Made by a program: the position numbers and the translations under genes | DNA from: Acidobacteriota bacterium | GTDB lineage: Bacteria > Acidobacteriota > UBA6911 > RPQK01 > JAJDTT01 | Reading direction: 5' to 3' | DNA length: 64,000 nucleotides | Assembly: GCA_965217775.1 (NCBI GenBank) | Contig: CBDCJH010000002.1 | Coordinates: 3,552,001-3,616,000, forward strand | Shown here: in pieces, positions 9,668 to 19,831 of the stretch | How positions within the stretch are numbered: position 1 is the first letter of the stretch | Layout: every line of letters begins with the position of its first letter | Notes under the pieces: model-generated | Seen by the model: only the letters and a program-made list of their open reading frames with translations | Database searches by the model: none | What the model was told of the DNA's origin: nothing

Positions 9668-11944
9668 ATGGGCAAAAAAGTTCTGCTGGCTGCAATCTTG
9701 GCCGCGATCCTGGCGGGGATCATCCTCTGGTCGCCGCTGTCGGATCCGGCTCCCGTCGGCATCGAGCACCGGGAAGCGTGGACCACCTCGCGGGTCCACG
9801 GCACTCCGGATCCGCCCGATCCCTACACCACGGAGGTCGTGTTCCCGGAGATCCGCTTCGAACAACCTTTGGAGGTGACGACGGTTCCCGGCACCAACCT
9901 CATCGCCGTGGCCGAGCGTTACGGCAAGATCTACGTCTTCGAGAATCGTCCCGGAGTCACCGAGAAGCATCTGCTCATGGACGCCGGGAAACCCATCTAC
10001 GGGCTGGAGTTCCATCCCGACTTCCAGGAGAACCGGTATTTCTTCGTGAGCCAGGTGGACCATCCCGTCAAGGAACTGCCGGAGGGCAGTCAACTCTCCC
10101 GTTACCAGGCGAGCCCGGGGCCACCCCTCACCGCCGATCGGGACTCGGAAACGGTCTTCCTCATTTGGCCTTCGGGCGGCCACAACGGAGGCTGCATCCG
10201 GTTCGGTCCGGACGGGTACCTCTACCTGGGCACGGGCGATGCGAGCGGTATCGCCGACAGCCTGGTGACCGGCCAGAACCCCGATGACTTCATGGGGTCG
10301 ATTCTCCGGATCGACGTGGATCGTCCCGACGCCGGAAAAAACTATGGCATCCCGCCCGACAATCCCTATGTGGGGAGAGACGGATTTCGGCCGGAAGTGT
10401 GGGCCTATGGACTCCGCCAGCCCTGGAAGTTCAGCTTCGATCCGGCCCGCCGTCTCTGGGTCGGCGAGATCGGCCAGGACCTCTGGGAGATGATCCACAT
10501 CATCGAGGAGGGAGGCAATTACGGCTGGAGCGTCATGGAGGCGACCCACCCCTTCCGGCCCGAACGCCCCCTGGGTCCCACGCCCATCCTGCCTCCCTTG
10601 GTGGAGCATTCCCACACCGATTTCCGATCCATCACCGGTGGCTACGTCTACCAGGGAACCCGCATCGATGCGCTGGCCGAATCTTATATCTACGGGGATC
10701 ACGATACCGGGAAGATCTGGTCCTTGGACTACGAAGGCGCCCGCGTCGAGAATCACCGCCAGTTGGCCGACACGCTGCTCCGAATCGTCGCCATCGGTCA
10801 GGACCAGCAGAACGAACTCCTCTTTTTGGACTTCGTCGGCGGCCAGCTCCATCGTCTGGTGCCGCGGCCCGAGTCCCCCCGGCAAGTGGCCGAATTCCCC
10901 CGGCGGCTGAGCGAGACCGGCCTGTTCACCTCCACGGAGGAGATGACGCCGGCTCCGGGTCTGATCCCCTATTCGGTGAACGCAGCGCTCTGGTCGGACC
11001 ATGCGGCCAAGGAGCGCTACATCGCGCTCCCTGCCCTGTCGCAGGTCGAGTACGACACGGTGATCTACCCTCAGCCTGCGCCGGGAGTCCCGCCAGGCTG
11101 GAAGTTCCCCGACGGGACCGTCCTGGTCAAGACCTTCTCCCTGGAAATGGAGAGGGGCAACCCCGAAAGCCTCAGGCGATTGGAGACGCGGCTCCTGCAC
11201 CACGAGCGGATTCCCGGAACCGACGAAGTGGGAGCGCAGGTCTGGAAGGGCTACGTCTATGTCTGGAACGAGGAGCAGACCGAAGCCCATCTGTTGGAAA
11301 GCGAGGGCCTGGACCGGCCGTTCACCATTCGGGAGGCGGACGGCGGGACCAGCGAGCAGACGTGGCGGTTCCCCAGCCGCGCCGAGTGCACCCTCTGCCA
11401 CACCACGGCCGCCAAGTACGTCCTGGGCATCAACACCCTGCAGATGAACAAGGACCACGACTACGGGGGAGTGGTGGCCAACCAGCTTCGGACCTTGGAC
11501 CATCTGGGCGTCTTCACCAAGCCTCTGCCAGCTCCGCCGGAAGAGTTGGGACGGCTTGTCGATTACCGGAGTTCCGATCTGGAGACCGAACGGCGGGCGC
11601 GTGCCTACCTTCACGCCAACTGCTCCCACTGTCACGTGAAGTGGGGAGGCGGCAACGCCGACTTTCAGTTGATCGGATCCATGCCGCTGGAACAGACCGG
11701 CATCGTGGACACCGTGGCTGCCCATGGCGGCTTCGAACTGGACCAGCCCCGGCTGGTGGCCCCGGGACACCCGGAACGTTCCATCATCCCCCATCGCATG
11801 GCACTGCTGGGCCTGGGCCGCATGCCCCACATCGCCTCCAACGTGGTGGATGAAGAGGGAGTCCGGCTGGTCCGGGAATGGATTCGGAGCCTGCCGGTCC
11901 AACAGAGCCGGAACCGGTCCAAGGACGGGAACGGGCCAGGTTAG
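9668..11944 (+). CDS. PQQ-dependent sugar (glucose/sorbosone) dehydrogenase-like protein with c-type heme motifs
   Basis: HNGG, FGPDGYLY..GD, GSILRIDV, YGLRQPWK; CTLCH and CSHCH; N-terminal anchor. Confidence 0.85.
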   Translation: MGKKVLLAAILAAILAGIILWSPLSDPAPVGIEHREAWTTSRVHGTPDPPDPYTTEVVFPEIRFEQPLEVTTVPGTNLIAVAERYGKIYVFENRPGVTEKHLLMDAGKPIYGLEFHPDFQENRYFFVSQVDHPVKELPEGSQLSRYQASPGPPLTADRDSETVFLIWPSGGHNGGCIRFGPDGYLYLGTGDASGIADSLVTGQNPDDFMGSILRIDVDRPDAGKNYGIPPDNPYVGRDGFRPEVWAYGLRQPWKFSFDPARRLWVGEIGQDLWEMIHIIEEGGNYGWSVMEATHPFRPERPLGPTPILPPLVEHSHTDFRSITGGYVYQGTRIDALAESYIYGDHDTGKIWSLDYEGARVENHRQLADTLLRIVAIGQDQQNELLFLDFVGGQLHRLVPRPESPRQVAEFPRRLSETGLFTSTEEMTPAPGLIPYSVNAALWSDHAAKERYIALPALSQVEYDTVIYPQPAPGVPPGWKFPDGTVLVKTFSLEMERGNPESLRRLETRLLHHERIPGTDEVGAQVWKGYVYVWNEEQTEAHLLESEGLDRPFTIREADGGTSEQTWRFPSRAECTLCHTTAAKYVLGINTLQMNKDHDYGGVVANQLRTLDHLGVFTKPLPAPPEELGRLVDYRSSDLETERRARAYLHANCSHCHVKWGGGNADFQLIGSMPLEQTGIVDTVAAHGGFELDQPRLVAPGHPERSIIPHRMALLGLGRMPHIASNVVDEEGVRLVREWIRSLPVQQSRNRSKDGNGPG

Positions 11945-12630
11945 CCCGCGTTTCTCAGGTACGAGAGCAGTTCCAGCATCAGTCCGTTGACGGCCCGATA
12001 GTTGCCGGCCGGCGCCTCCAGGAGTTCGCTTTCCGACTGCACGTATCTGGACGGGGTCAGTTCCGCCCGGCAGTTCACGACCAGCTTTTCAGCCGCCTCT
12101 GGAGTCGTTTCGAGGTGGAACTGCGTGCCGATGGCCGCCCGGCCGAGCTGAAACGCTTGATTCTCACAGCCGTCGCTTCGCGCCAGATGGACCGCTCCGG
12201 GAGGCAGATCGAAGGTCTCGCCGTGCCAGTGAAACGCCTGGATGGTCTCGGGAAACCGGAAGCAGTCCACGCCTCCGCCGATCCCGCGCAGGGGAAACCA
12301 GCCGATCTCCTTCAGCTCGTTGGGGTAGACCCGGGCGCCCAGGGCGCTGGCGATGAGCTGTGCGCCGAGGCAGATCCCCAAGACCGGCTTGCCCGCCTCT
12401 AGGGCTCGGCGGATGAACCGCTTCTCCGCAACCAGCCAGGGAAGCTCCTCCTCGTCGTTGACGCTCATGGGCCCGCCCATGGCGATGAGGAAATCGACGT
12501 CGTTCAACTGCGGCAGTTCCGCCGATTCGAAGAATCTCGTACAGGTCACCTCGTACCCGGTGGCGACCAACCAGGGCCGAATGCAACCGAGACCCTCGAA
12601 GGGAACATGCTGGAAATAGTGAGCGCGCAT
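11941..12630 (-). CDS. Type 1 glutamine amidotransferase (GMP synthase-like)
   Basis: QHVPFEG, GGPMS, GICLGAQ, QFHLE. Confidence 0.92.
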   Translation of the reverse strand: MRAHYFQHVPFEGLGCIRPWLVATGYEVTCTRFFESAELPQLNDVDFLIAMGGPMSVNDEEELPWLVAEKRFIRRALEAGKPVLGICLGAQLIASALGARVYPNELKEIGWFPLRGIGGGVDCFRFPETIQAFHWHGETFDLPPGAVHLARSDGCENQAFQLGRAAIGTQFHLETTPEAAEKLVVNCRAELTPSRYVQSESELLEAPAGNYRAVNGLMLELLSYLRNAG

Positions 12631-13021
12631 GGGATCGGCGATTCAGTTTGTATCCGCAACGGCGAGAGAAGGCAAGTTGAGGGTCACGGCACACCGAATC
12701 GGGGCCAAGCGGACGCCTACCAACCTCCGTCTCTTTGCACCACACCCCGAAGGATGCCGACACCTCCAGCTACACGCCAGAAACACGGAAGGTCTAGTCT
12801 ACTTCTTATCCTTATCCCGCCGCTCTTGTGAGCATAACGAACCTATTGCTCGCATAGGCCTTCGATTCTTCCATCGCAGACTCCATGTATTTCGGCCTCG
12901 CCACCATCGTCTGCCAGGGATTCAGATCCATCGCCGCACAGTTACCACCGTTGCCGAAAACCGTCCCGCGGAGACTAACCCAACACCATAGGCAACGACT
13001 ATAGAAAGAAACTCGCCATGC

Positions 13022-13684
13022 CTAGACGTGTTCCGAGATCAACTCGTGCAAGAATTGGGTCAGCGGATCAAACGCCTTGGAACTGAAGTCCCACACTCCC
13101 TGCTGTGCCCCCTCGCCAACTCTCGCCACTGGATCTCGCGTCGCCGCGAGGTACGCGTGTACGAAGCTCTTGTCCTCATTCTTTGACGACAGAATTCCAT
13201 TACCGCTCAAACATGTAAGATACGCATTTACACACGTAGCTGTAGCATCACCATTTACCGATCGCCGAATAAGCGTCTCCAGCGCACCCGAACTCGACCC
13301 GTCAGGCATAATATAAATGCCAATTGCTGGCTCACCACCCGAATACTTCCCGTGACCCCCCGGTGGCCTGAGTCCAGCAGCCTTTACGTCATTTGCTACG
13401 CTTTGAAACGCACTCCGTGGGTCGTCATCTGCATCTCTGACAATACCAATCCCCTTCACCATCCCCCTTTTCTTACACAGAACGCTTATTGCCATGAGAC
13501 GCCGCCGGAATACCCGCCTGCCTCCAGCAGGAATAATTTGAATTTCCCGCCTAATCCTTGTGTCCCCAACTCGAGTGTCAATCAATTTGCACAATACACG
13601 CTCCTCATCCACGCCTTCTACAAGGAGCAGCAATCTACCTTTAATTTTTAAACTTTCTTCTGAGCCTCCGGTGCGCATTGCCAT
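13022..13684 (-). CDS. TOPRIM-like protein (DUF3226-like)
   Basis: LLVEGVDE, VRDADD, MPDGSSSGALETL, WDFS; 3 bp downstream of the ATPase; low GC. Confidence 0.75.
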   Translation of the reverse strand: MAMRTGGSEESLKIKGRLLLLVEGVDEERVLCKLIDTRVGDTRIRREIQIIPAGGRRVFRRRLMAISVLCKKRGMVKGIGIVRDADDDPRSAFQSVANDVKAAGLRPPGGHGKYSGGEPAIGIYIMPDGSSSGALETLIRRSVNGDATATCVNAYLTCLSGNGILSSKNEDKSFVHAYLAATRDPVARVGEGAQQGVWDFSSKAFDPLTQFLHELISEHV

Positions 13685-13687
13685 CCC

Positions 13688-14725
13688 TTATCGAACCTCC
13701 AGATTAAGCTCCTTTGCGCCGACAAGAGAATCTCCAGTATAAGTTAGCACATCAATGGTTTGGCTCGATTCCCCCAAAAAGAGGTTATGTATCGAGATAT
13801 CATCCGGCCGATCAGCGTATGAGTCAACTGCTGCATGGATAAACTCACGACTATGCGTAGTCGCAAAGAACTGAATGTTCCAACGGCCAGCCCACTCGCG
13901 AATACATTTCCATACCTTTCTGAATAGGGAATAGTGAACCCCGTTTTCGATTTCATCGAAAAACACTAGTCCATGTCGAGCCGTAAAGAAGTTAAGGTAT
14001 AGGGAAAAGAACTTCACAGCTCCTCCCCCAAGAGCTCGCAAGGGGAGCGGACGACCTTCATTTCTCGAGACCGCTATGTAGGGTTTTCCAGAATCACTAG
14101 TGAGAATTTCGACTCGCGGATAACCGTTGAACATAAATTGCATAGCTGACTCTAAATCCGATTTCCCACGGGACCGGACAAGCCTAGAGTACCGTCGCAA
14201 TACTTCCTGTGACGTATCAATTTCTTGCACGGTACTCACAAATATCGCTGCTGGCTGCCCTGCACCAACTACGGCCCGACAAGCAACAAGACCTTCTGGC
14301 GTACGCTGTAACAGTTCTGGTCCCTTAATGGGCTTGTTATTGACCTTAGTGATTAGCCTGCCAACGATTGGTGCTGCGTCTTTGGACTTCAACTGACTGT
14401 CTCTGGTCTCGCTCACAGCCTGCATTACTCGCTCAAAATAGGTTATTAAACGGAGGTGTCGTGCGCCCTCACGCCCCGAAAGCCGAATCTCATCGTCTGA
14501 CAACTCGGCAATTGGATTGACGACACTTTCCCGTGACCTTAAGACATTCGCATCCCAGAATAAGGTTCCGTTGTACTTACCGGAGAAAAGCCACAATGAT
14601 TCGAGCAATGCGGTTTTGCCAATACCATTCGTACCAGTAATCAGGTTGATCCGATTCAGAGTTGGCAAAGAGAGTCCACTAATACCGCGATAGCGATCCA
14701 CGCCAAAAGTCTTTAGATGTGCCAC
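13688..14725 (-). CDS. ABC-type AAA ATPase (AAA_15/AAA_21-like)
   Basis: Walker A GTNGIGKT, signature LGGG, Walker B FFDEIENGVH, TTHS; low GC. Confidence 0.88.
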   Translation of the reverse strand: MAHLKTFGVDRYRGISGLSLPTLNRINLITGTNGIGKTALLESLWLFSGKYNGTLFWDANVLRSRESVVNPIAELSDDEIRLSGREGARHLRLITYFERVMQAVSETRDSQLKSKDAAPIVGRLITKVNNKPIKGPELLQRTPEGLVACRAVVGAGQPAAIFVSTVQEIDTSQEVLRRYSRLVRSRGKSDLESAMQFMFNGYPRVEILTSDSGKPYIAVSRNEGRPLPLRALGGGAVKFFSLYLNFFTARHGLVFFDEIENGVHYSLFRKVWKCIREWAGRWNIQFFATTHSREFIHAAVDSYADRPDDISIHNLFLGESSQTIDVLTYTGDSLVGAKELNLEVR

Positions 14726-15217
14726 ACCGTCTCCTTCGGTTCGTTGTATTGCGATGACATCCTATTTGTGTCGTTGGCCACGGCACGACCAGTTAAAATT
14801 ACTCCCGACGGCAACTGCGGGGATCAACCCGAGATTTTACCACGAAAGGAAGTTGTTGAGTTCAGGGATTTGACCAAAAAAACCTCATCTGGTTGAAGCA
14901 ATACTGACACACCCTACATGGTTGGCGCATGTTATTGGAGTTCTGATCGGTCGCCAGACAGTGAGAGTTGGTCGTCGAAATAGGTGTCTTCAGAACAGTT
15001 CCGATATTCTTTCGGCGCGCGATTCTCGACGCGGGCATCACCGTGGATAGTCGCGACTTCTTGAGCGTGCCGCTTGGGTCGAATAAACATTGACTCTCCA
15101 CCGCGAAAACGAGTCAGTGACCGGAAGACCTCTCTCTCGCCTCCGGTAGCCGACGCGTTAGCTCCTCGGAGTACCCCTGCAATTCGAGATGCAAAGCCGA
15201 GGCGACGGTGCTTTGTG

Positions 15218-16816
15218 TTACGCGAGCGGATGCAGATTGCTCGGTGGGTCATGTTGTGGAACCGGGTTTCCCGAGAAACGGGTTCCATTAGTCTTGATCA
15301 TCGACTCCGGTGACACGTTTGGGCCTTTCGTGCTGGCCCAGCAGTTCTCTTCCCCACAAATGCGATACCTGTCGCGGCACTTACGGCAATATGTAGATAT
15401 GGGAGATGCCGCGTCCCGGTCGAGAACAGTTGCCGCACTGGGAGCCGGAAGATCCACAGTGTTTCCCGATCTCGTCTTTTCCTGCGGGTTGGGCGCACGA
15501 GAATATCCCATCTCCGGCCACTGGACGGCCTGCGGTTTCGACCAACTACCCAGGAAGGCACCGACGTAGCCACGGCGGACGACCAGCGCCAGCGCCAACC
15601 AAAGTCCCGCCAGGACGATGACCAGCACGCTGATCCAGTTGACCGGAAAGTGCAGGAAAGAGGTGAGAACCAATAGCAGCCCCCCGGCCAGGCCGCGCGA
15701 CCATCGGTCCACGAAGAGGTCGATGAACACCTTGGCCCGCTTTCTTACCTCCAAGGGAACCGGCAGGAAGAGCAGTTCCCTGCCCGTCTTGTCGACGGAG
15801 GGACGGAGGCTGCCGTCGATGCCCCTCAGGAGGACGGCACCCCAGAGCGTGGGCACTGCCAGCATGCCCAACGAAGTGAGCAACAGTCCCAACGGGAGCA
15901 ACAGAATGGCCCCGGACACGCCCCAGAACCGGATCAGCCGATAGGTCAGAAATGTCTGCAGAAGCAGAGACACCATGCTGAGGCGCCCATAGAATTTTCC
16001 CAGGAACACCGCCAGCGACTGCTGATCCGGATAGGCCTCGACCGCGACCGTCTTGAACTGAAAGTCCACCAGGGTGGCCACCAACATGGTGAGGGAGAGG
16101 AGGCCCCCGATGCCGGCGAGATAGCGGTGGTCCCGGAGCATCGAGCGCACTTCCCGCAGAGAGCTCCGCACCGGTTCCTGGAGCGGGGCCGCCGTTGCGG
16201 CAGTCGAGCCGGCCGTTCGATCGAGGCCTCCGGCCCGGTTCAGGAGCACCGTCGACAGGGCCAGGAAGCCGGCGCAGAACAGCAGGAGGTCCCGGGTCGA
16301 GACCTCCATGACCCCGACCAGAAAGCTGGCCGTCTCGCCTCCGATGATGGCTCCCAGGATGCCGCCGAGATTCACCACTCCAAAGATCCGCCTGGCTTGG
16401 GTCGAGTCCAGGACCGAATTGGCGAAGAGCCAGAACTGCGACGTGGTCAGGATTCCGTAGATGCCGACCCAGACGTAAAAGGCGTAGTAGATCCACCAGA
16501 GCTCCAACGCCAGCAGCCAACGCAAGAGCAGCAGACAGCCGATCAGAACGGCGCTGGTCCCCTTGATCAGACGGCTCAAGTCCAGAATCCGGGCCAGTCT
16601 TCCGTACAGGAGGGTGACGGGTAGAGCCACCAGAGCGATCAGGACGAAGACCACGGGAAGGTTGGCAGGACCGGGTCCGGCCAGAAACAGGCTGTCCCTC
16701 GCCGGTTTCAGGAAGAAATAGGTCAAGAGAATGAGGCCGTAGCCGGAGAAGAGAATCGCGGCGAGTCCGACCTCCTCCTTTCGTACGCCAAAGAGGAAAT
16801 CGACCAGCCGTGTCAT
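15218..16816 (-). CDS. NTT/TLC-family nucleotide transporter-like MFS protein, 3' end replaced by island DNA
   Basis: LKPARDSLFL, QFW.FAN, GGILG, RELLFLPVP, K.FID; composition changes abruptly after RRGYVGAF (~15545). Confidence 0.75.
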   Translation of the reverse strand: MTRLVDFLFGVRKEEVGLAAILFSGYGLILLTYFFLKPARDSLFLAGPGPANLPVVFVLIALVALPVTLLYGRLARILDLSRLIKGTSAVLIGCLLLLRWLLALELWWIYYAFYVWVGIYGILTTSQFWLFANSVLDSTQARRIFGVVNLGGILGAIIGGETASFLVGVMEVSTRDLLLFCAGFLALSTVLLNRAGGLDRTAGSTAATAAPLQEPVRSSLREVRSMLRDHRYLAGIGGLLSLTMLVATLVDFQFKTVAVEAYPDQQSLAVFLGKFYGRLSMVSLLLQTFLTYRLIRFWGVSGAILLLPLGLLLTSLGMLAVPTLWGAVLLRGIDGSLRPSVDKTGRELLFLPVPLEVRKRAKVFIDLFVDRWSRGLAGGLLLVLTSFLHFPVNWISVLVIVLAGLWLALALVVRRGYVGAFLGSWSKPQAVQWPEMGYSRAPNPQEKTRSGNTVDLPAPSAATVLDRDAASPISTYCRKCRDRYRICGEENCWASTKGPNVSPESMIKTNGTRFSGNPVPQHDPPSNLHPLA

Positions 16817-16848
16817 GGTAGAAAGACCCGCCCGCCTTCCGGATCGGG

Positions 16849-18219
16849 TTAGCGGGCTGCGGTTTCCTCGGCCGCGACCCCCGAGACCGGCCAACCCTCT
16901 CGAATCAGGGCCCGGAGCGCCTTCTCGTAGGCTTCCACCGTGAAGTCCACGTCCTCCTCGCTGTGTGCTCCGGTCAGCCGCCAGCTCATCCCTCCCTGGA
17001 TGTCTACACCTTCATTCAGGAGAGCCTTCCGAAGAACGCCGCCGCGCGTGGGATCGTTGGCCGCCTTGAGACGGGCGTCGGGAACGGTGCAACCGTTCGC
17101 TTCATCCCACTCCCCCTCGACGCCCAGAGCGACGAACAGGCCTGACGAGAGGCCGTAGGCGAGTCCCGGGATTCCCCTGCGGGCCAGAACGCCATTGAGA
17201 CCCGATTTGAGCCTTTCGGTCATCGCCTCCACTCGTTTGTTGACCGGCTCCCGATCCAGGATCTCCAGACACGTGGCCCCGGCCACCGCCGACAGAGGAT
17301 TGGCGTTGAAGGTGCCGGGATGGGCGACCCGGCGCCGGGCGTCCCATTCGGGGTCGCCCCGGTGCTGGATCATGTCCAGGATTTCCGCCTTGCCCACGAC
17401 GGCGGCGCCGGGAAGGCCGCCGGCCAGGATCTTCGCGTGAGTGCTCAAATCGGGAGTGATCCCGTAGCGTTCCTGGACTCCCCCCAGGGAGGCCCGAAAC
17501 CCGGTGATCACTTCGTCGAAGATCAGCAGCACCCCTGCTCTCCGGGTGACCTCCCTCAACTGCCGAAGGAATCCCGGCGTGATCGGGAGAAGACCTCCCA
17601 AGGCCCCCGTGGGTTCCAGGATCACGGCGGCGATGTCCCGGTCTCGGGCCAGCGCCCGCTCGACCTCGCCGATCTCGGGAGCGACCTGAACCACGGTTCC
17701 AGCGATCCCCCGAGGGACGCCGGCTGCCTCCCCCTCCGGACTCAGGACGACGTAGTCGCTCCAGCCGTGGAAATGGTGGTGAAACTTGAGGATCTTGTCC
17801 CGTCCCGTATAGGCCCGGACCAGGCGGAAGGCCATCAGGTCCGCCTCGGTCCCCGAGGAGTGGAAACGGACCTTCTCGGAACATGGCACCAGCTTGTTCA
17901 CGATCTCGGCCCAGCGAATCTCGAGTTCGGTGGCCCCGCCCAGATGAGTGCCCCGCCCCATCTGCTCGCTGACCGCCTCCACGATGGCGGGGTGAGAGTG
18001 TCCCAGCAGGATCGCCCCATGCCCCACGACGTAGTCGATGTACCGGTTCCCGTCCACGTCCCACTTGTAGGCCCCCTCGGAACGGGTCATGTAGAGGGGA
18101 AAGGGAGTGATCCAACGCGAGTCATGCGTGGCTCCGTCGGGAAAGGCGCGGCGTCCTCCGCCGGACAGGCTGAGAGACCCGGGATGGTCGTCATAGTATC
18201 GCTGGTCCACGGAATTCAT
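16849..18219 (-). CDS. Class III aminotransferase (glutamate-1-semialdehyde aminomutase-like)
   Basis: DVDGNRYIDY, SSGTEA, LIFDEVITGFR, AKILAGGLP, GTFNANP. Confidence 0.9.
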   Translation of the reverse strand: MNSVDQRYYDDHPGSLSLSGGGRRAFPDGATHDSRWITPFPLYMTRSEGAYKWDVDGNRYIDYVVGHGAILLGHSHPAIVEAVSEQMGRGTHLGGATELEIRWAEIVNKLVPCSEKVRFHSSGTEADLMAFRLVRAYTGRDKILKFHHHFHGWSDYVVLSPEGEAAGVPRGIAGTVVQVAPEIGEVERALARDRDIAAVILEPTGALGGLLPITPGFLRQLREVTRRAGVLLIFDEVITGFRASLGGVQERYGITPDLSTHAKILAGGLPGAAVVGKAEILDMIQHRGDPEWDARRRVAHPGTFNANPLSAVAGATCLEILDREPVNKRVEAMTERLKSGLNGVLARRGIPGLAYGLSSGLFVALGVEGEWDEANGCTVPDARLKAANDPTRGGVLRKALLNEGVDIQGGMSWRLTGAHSEEDVDFTVEAYEKALRALIREGWPVSGVAAEETAAR

Positions 18220-18269
18220 AAACGTGCTCCTGGTTCTACTGATGCAACTCGTCGGTTCCAGTCTACTGA

Positions 18270-18305
18270 CAGGCCGCGGCAAAAGTCACCACCGGCGGCG
18301 GACTG
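18270..18305 (+). repeat. Degenerate MITE A remnant
   Basis: CAGGCCGCGGCAAAAGTCACCAC...GGACTG resembles fused left and right ends. Confidence 0.5.
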
Positions 18306-18336
18306 TCTCTCCGGTCCGGAGTAAGATCCACGCCGG

Positions 18337-19518
18337 TTACGAAATTCCTTCCAGACCCTGCTTGAAATCCTCCATCAGATCTCCGGCGTCCTCGATGCCC
18401 ACCGAAACCCGTACCAGCGAGTCGGAGATTCCCATCCGAATCCGCTCCTTCGCCGGCACGCCGGCATGGGAGGTGGTCGCCGGACGGGTGATCAGGGTCT
18501 CCACGCCTCCCAGGCTGGGAGCCGATCTGGGAATTCGAAGACGACTCAGCAACGTTTCGGCCGCCTCGACCCCTCCCTGCACCTCGAAGCTCAGCATTCC
18601 GCCGAAGCCGGAGAAGAGCTTCCGGGCCCGGCCGTGTTGAGGATGGGTCTCCAGACCGGGGTAGTTGACTTCGTCGACGGCCGCGTGCGCTGCCAGGAAA
18701 CGGGCCAACGCCCAGGCGTTTTCGTTCTGTCGGCGCACCCGCAGGACCAGGGTCTTGATCCCCCGATGCAGCAGGAAGCAGGCATGAGGGTCCAGGACCC
18801 CGCCCAGATGATTCAACCTGTGGGTCACCCGGCGCACCAACTCTCGAGGCCCGATGACGGCGCCCGCCGCCAGGTCCGAATGACCGTTGAGGTACTTGGT
18901 GCCGCTGTGGACGACGAGGTCGAAGCCCGAGTCCAGGGGCCGATAGTTGACGGGCGTGGCGAAAGTACTGTCGATGATGGAGACCAGACCGTGCTTCCGG
19001 GCGAATCGAACGATCTGCTCCAGATCCGGGACCTGCATCAGGGGATTGGTGATGGTTTCCACATAGATGGTGCGGGTGGACGGTTTCAGGAGCGCGGACC
19101 AGGTCTCGGGACGGTTGCCGTCCATGAGGTCGTGAGCGATCCCGAATTCCGCCAAATCACGAGTGACGAAGGTGTGAGTCCCGCCGTAGAGCCCCTCCAG
19201 TGCCAGCAGATGGTCTCCGTGAGAGAGCAACGCCAACAGCGTGGTGGTGATGGCGGCCATGCCGCTGGCGGCGACGACCGCCGCCTCGCCGGCTTCCAGG
19301 GAAGCCAGCTTGGCATGGAGGGATTGGTGATTGGGGGTGTTGTTGAGGCGGACGTAGCGAACCGCGTCGTAGCTCTTCTCGCCCGCGGTCTCGAAGGTGG
19401 CCGACTGGAAGATGGGAATGGCTACCGCTCCCTCGATTCGAGGTTCGGGCTCGCCGGCGTGGACGGCGCGCGTGGCCAACCGGCGGGTCAGCTCTGAAAG
19501 GTCACTCGGATCCGACAT
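18337..19518 (-). CDS. PLP-dependent cystathionine/methionine gamma-lyase family protein
   Basis: PIFQSATF, ASGMAAI, ETITNP, DSTFATP, HSGTKYLNGHSD, SLGGVETL. Confidence 0.92.
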   Translation of the reverse strand: MSDPSDLSELTRRLATRAVHAGEPEPRIEGAVAIPIFQSATFETAGEKSYDAVRYVRLNNTPNHQSLHAKLASLEAGEAAVVAASGMAAITTTLLALLSHGDHLLALEGLYGGTHTFVTRDLAEFGIAHDLMDGNRPETWSALLKPSTRTIYVETITNPLMQVPDLEQIVRFARKHGLVSIIDSTFATPVNYRPLDSGFDLVVHSGTKYLNGHSDLAAGAVIGPRELVRRVTHRLNHLGGVLDPHACFLLHRGIKTLVLRVRRQNENAWALARFLAAHAAVDEVNYPGLETHPQHGRARKLFSGFGGMLSFEVQGGVEAAETLLSRLRIPRSAPSLGGVETLITRPATTSHAGVPAKERIRMGISDSLVRVSVGIEDAGDLMEDFKQGLEGIS

Positions 19519-19575
19519 TCGACCTCCTGGATGGTTTTCGTTTCTGACCGGAGGCGGGTTCCGGCGGCCTCGATC

Positions 19576-19741
19576 TTGACAGCCCGTGGCAAAAGTCGTC
19601 ACGGCATTCGACCGTCCCTGCATCCCGGCGGACTGCGTTGCGACTCGGTCACATACACCCGGTATGCTCCCTCATCGCGCCTTGTCCGGCGGGCGCAGGA
19701 ACGGTCTCGGTGCTCGCGCGACTTTCACCACGGACTGTTGA
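19576..19741. mobile_element. MITE family A, full copy (TTGA target duplication)
   Basis: 158-bp copy of 1042-1199 flanked by TTGA direct repeats. Confidence 0.85.
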
Positions 19742-19768
19742 AGCCGCCCGCACCCGTGGATACTCTAA

Positions 19769-19793
19769 CAGCCCAAGTCAAAAGTCATCACGG
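19769..19793 (+). repeat. Degenerate MITE A left end
   Basis: CAGCCCAAGTCAAAAGTCATCACGG versus CAGCCCGTGGCAAAAGTCGTCACGG. Confidence 0.55.
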
Positions 19794-19831
19794 TAGTCGA
19801 CCGGCCACCAATCCGGGCGGAACGCAAGGGA

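Noticed and set aside
12800-15100. DNA methyltransferase fragments flanking the ATPase pair (DLNP..ARPK near 12900, IHGDAR near 15040)
   Set aside because: Matches are too short, in an unexpected order, and lack DPF.G.G or SPPY motifs.
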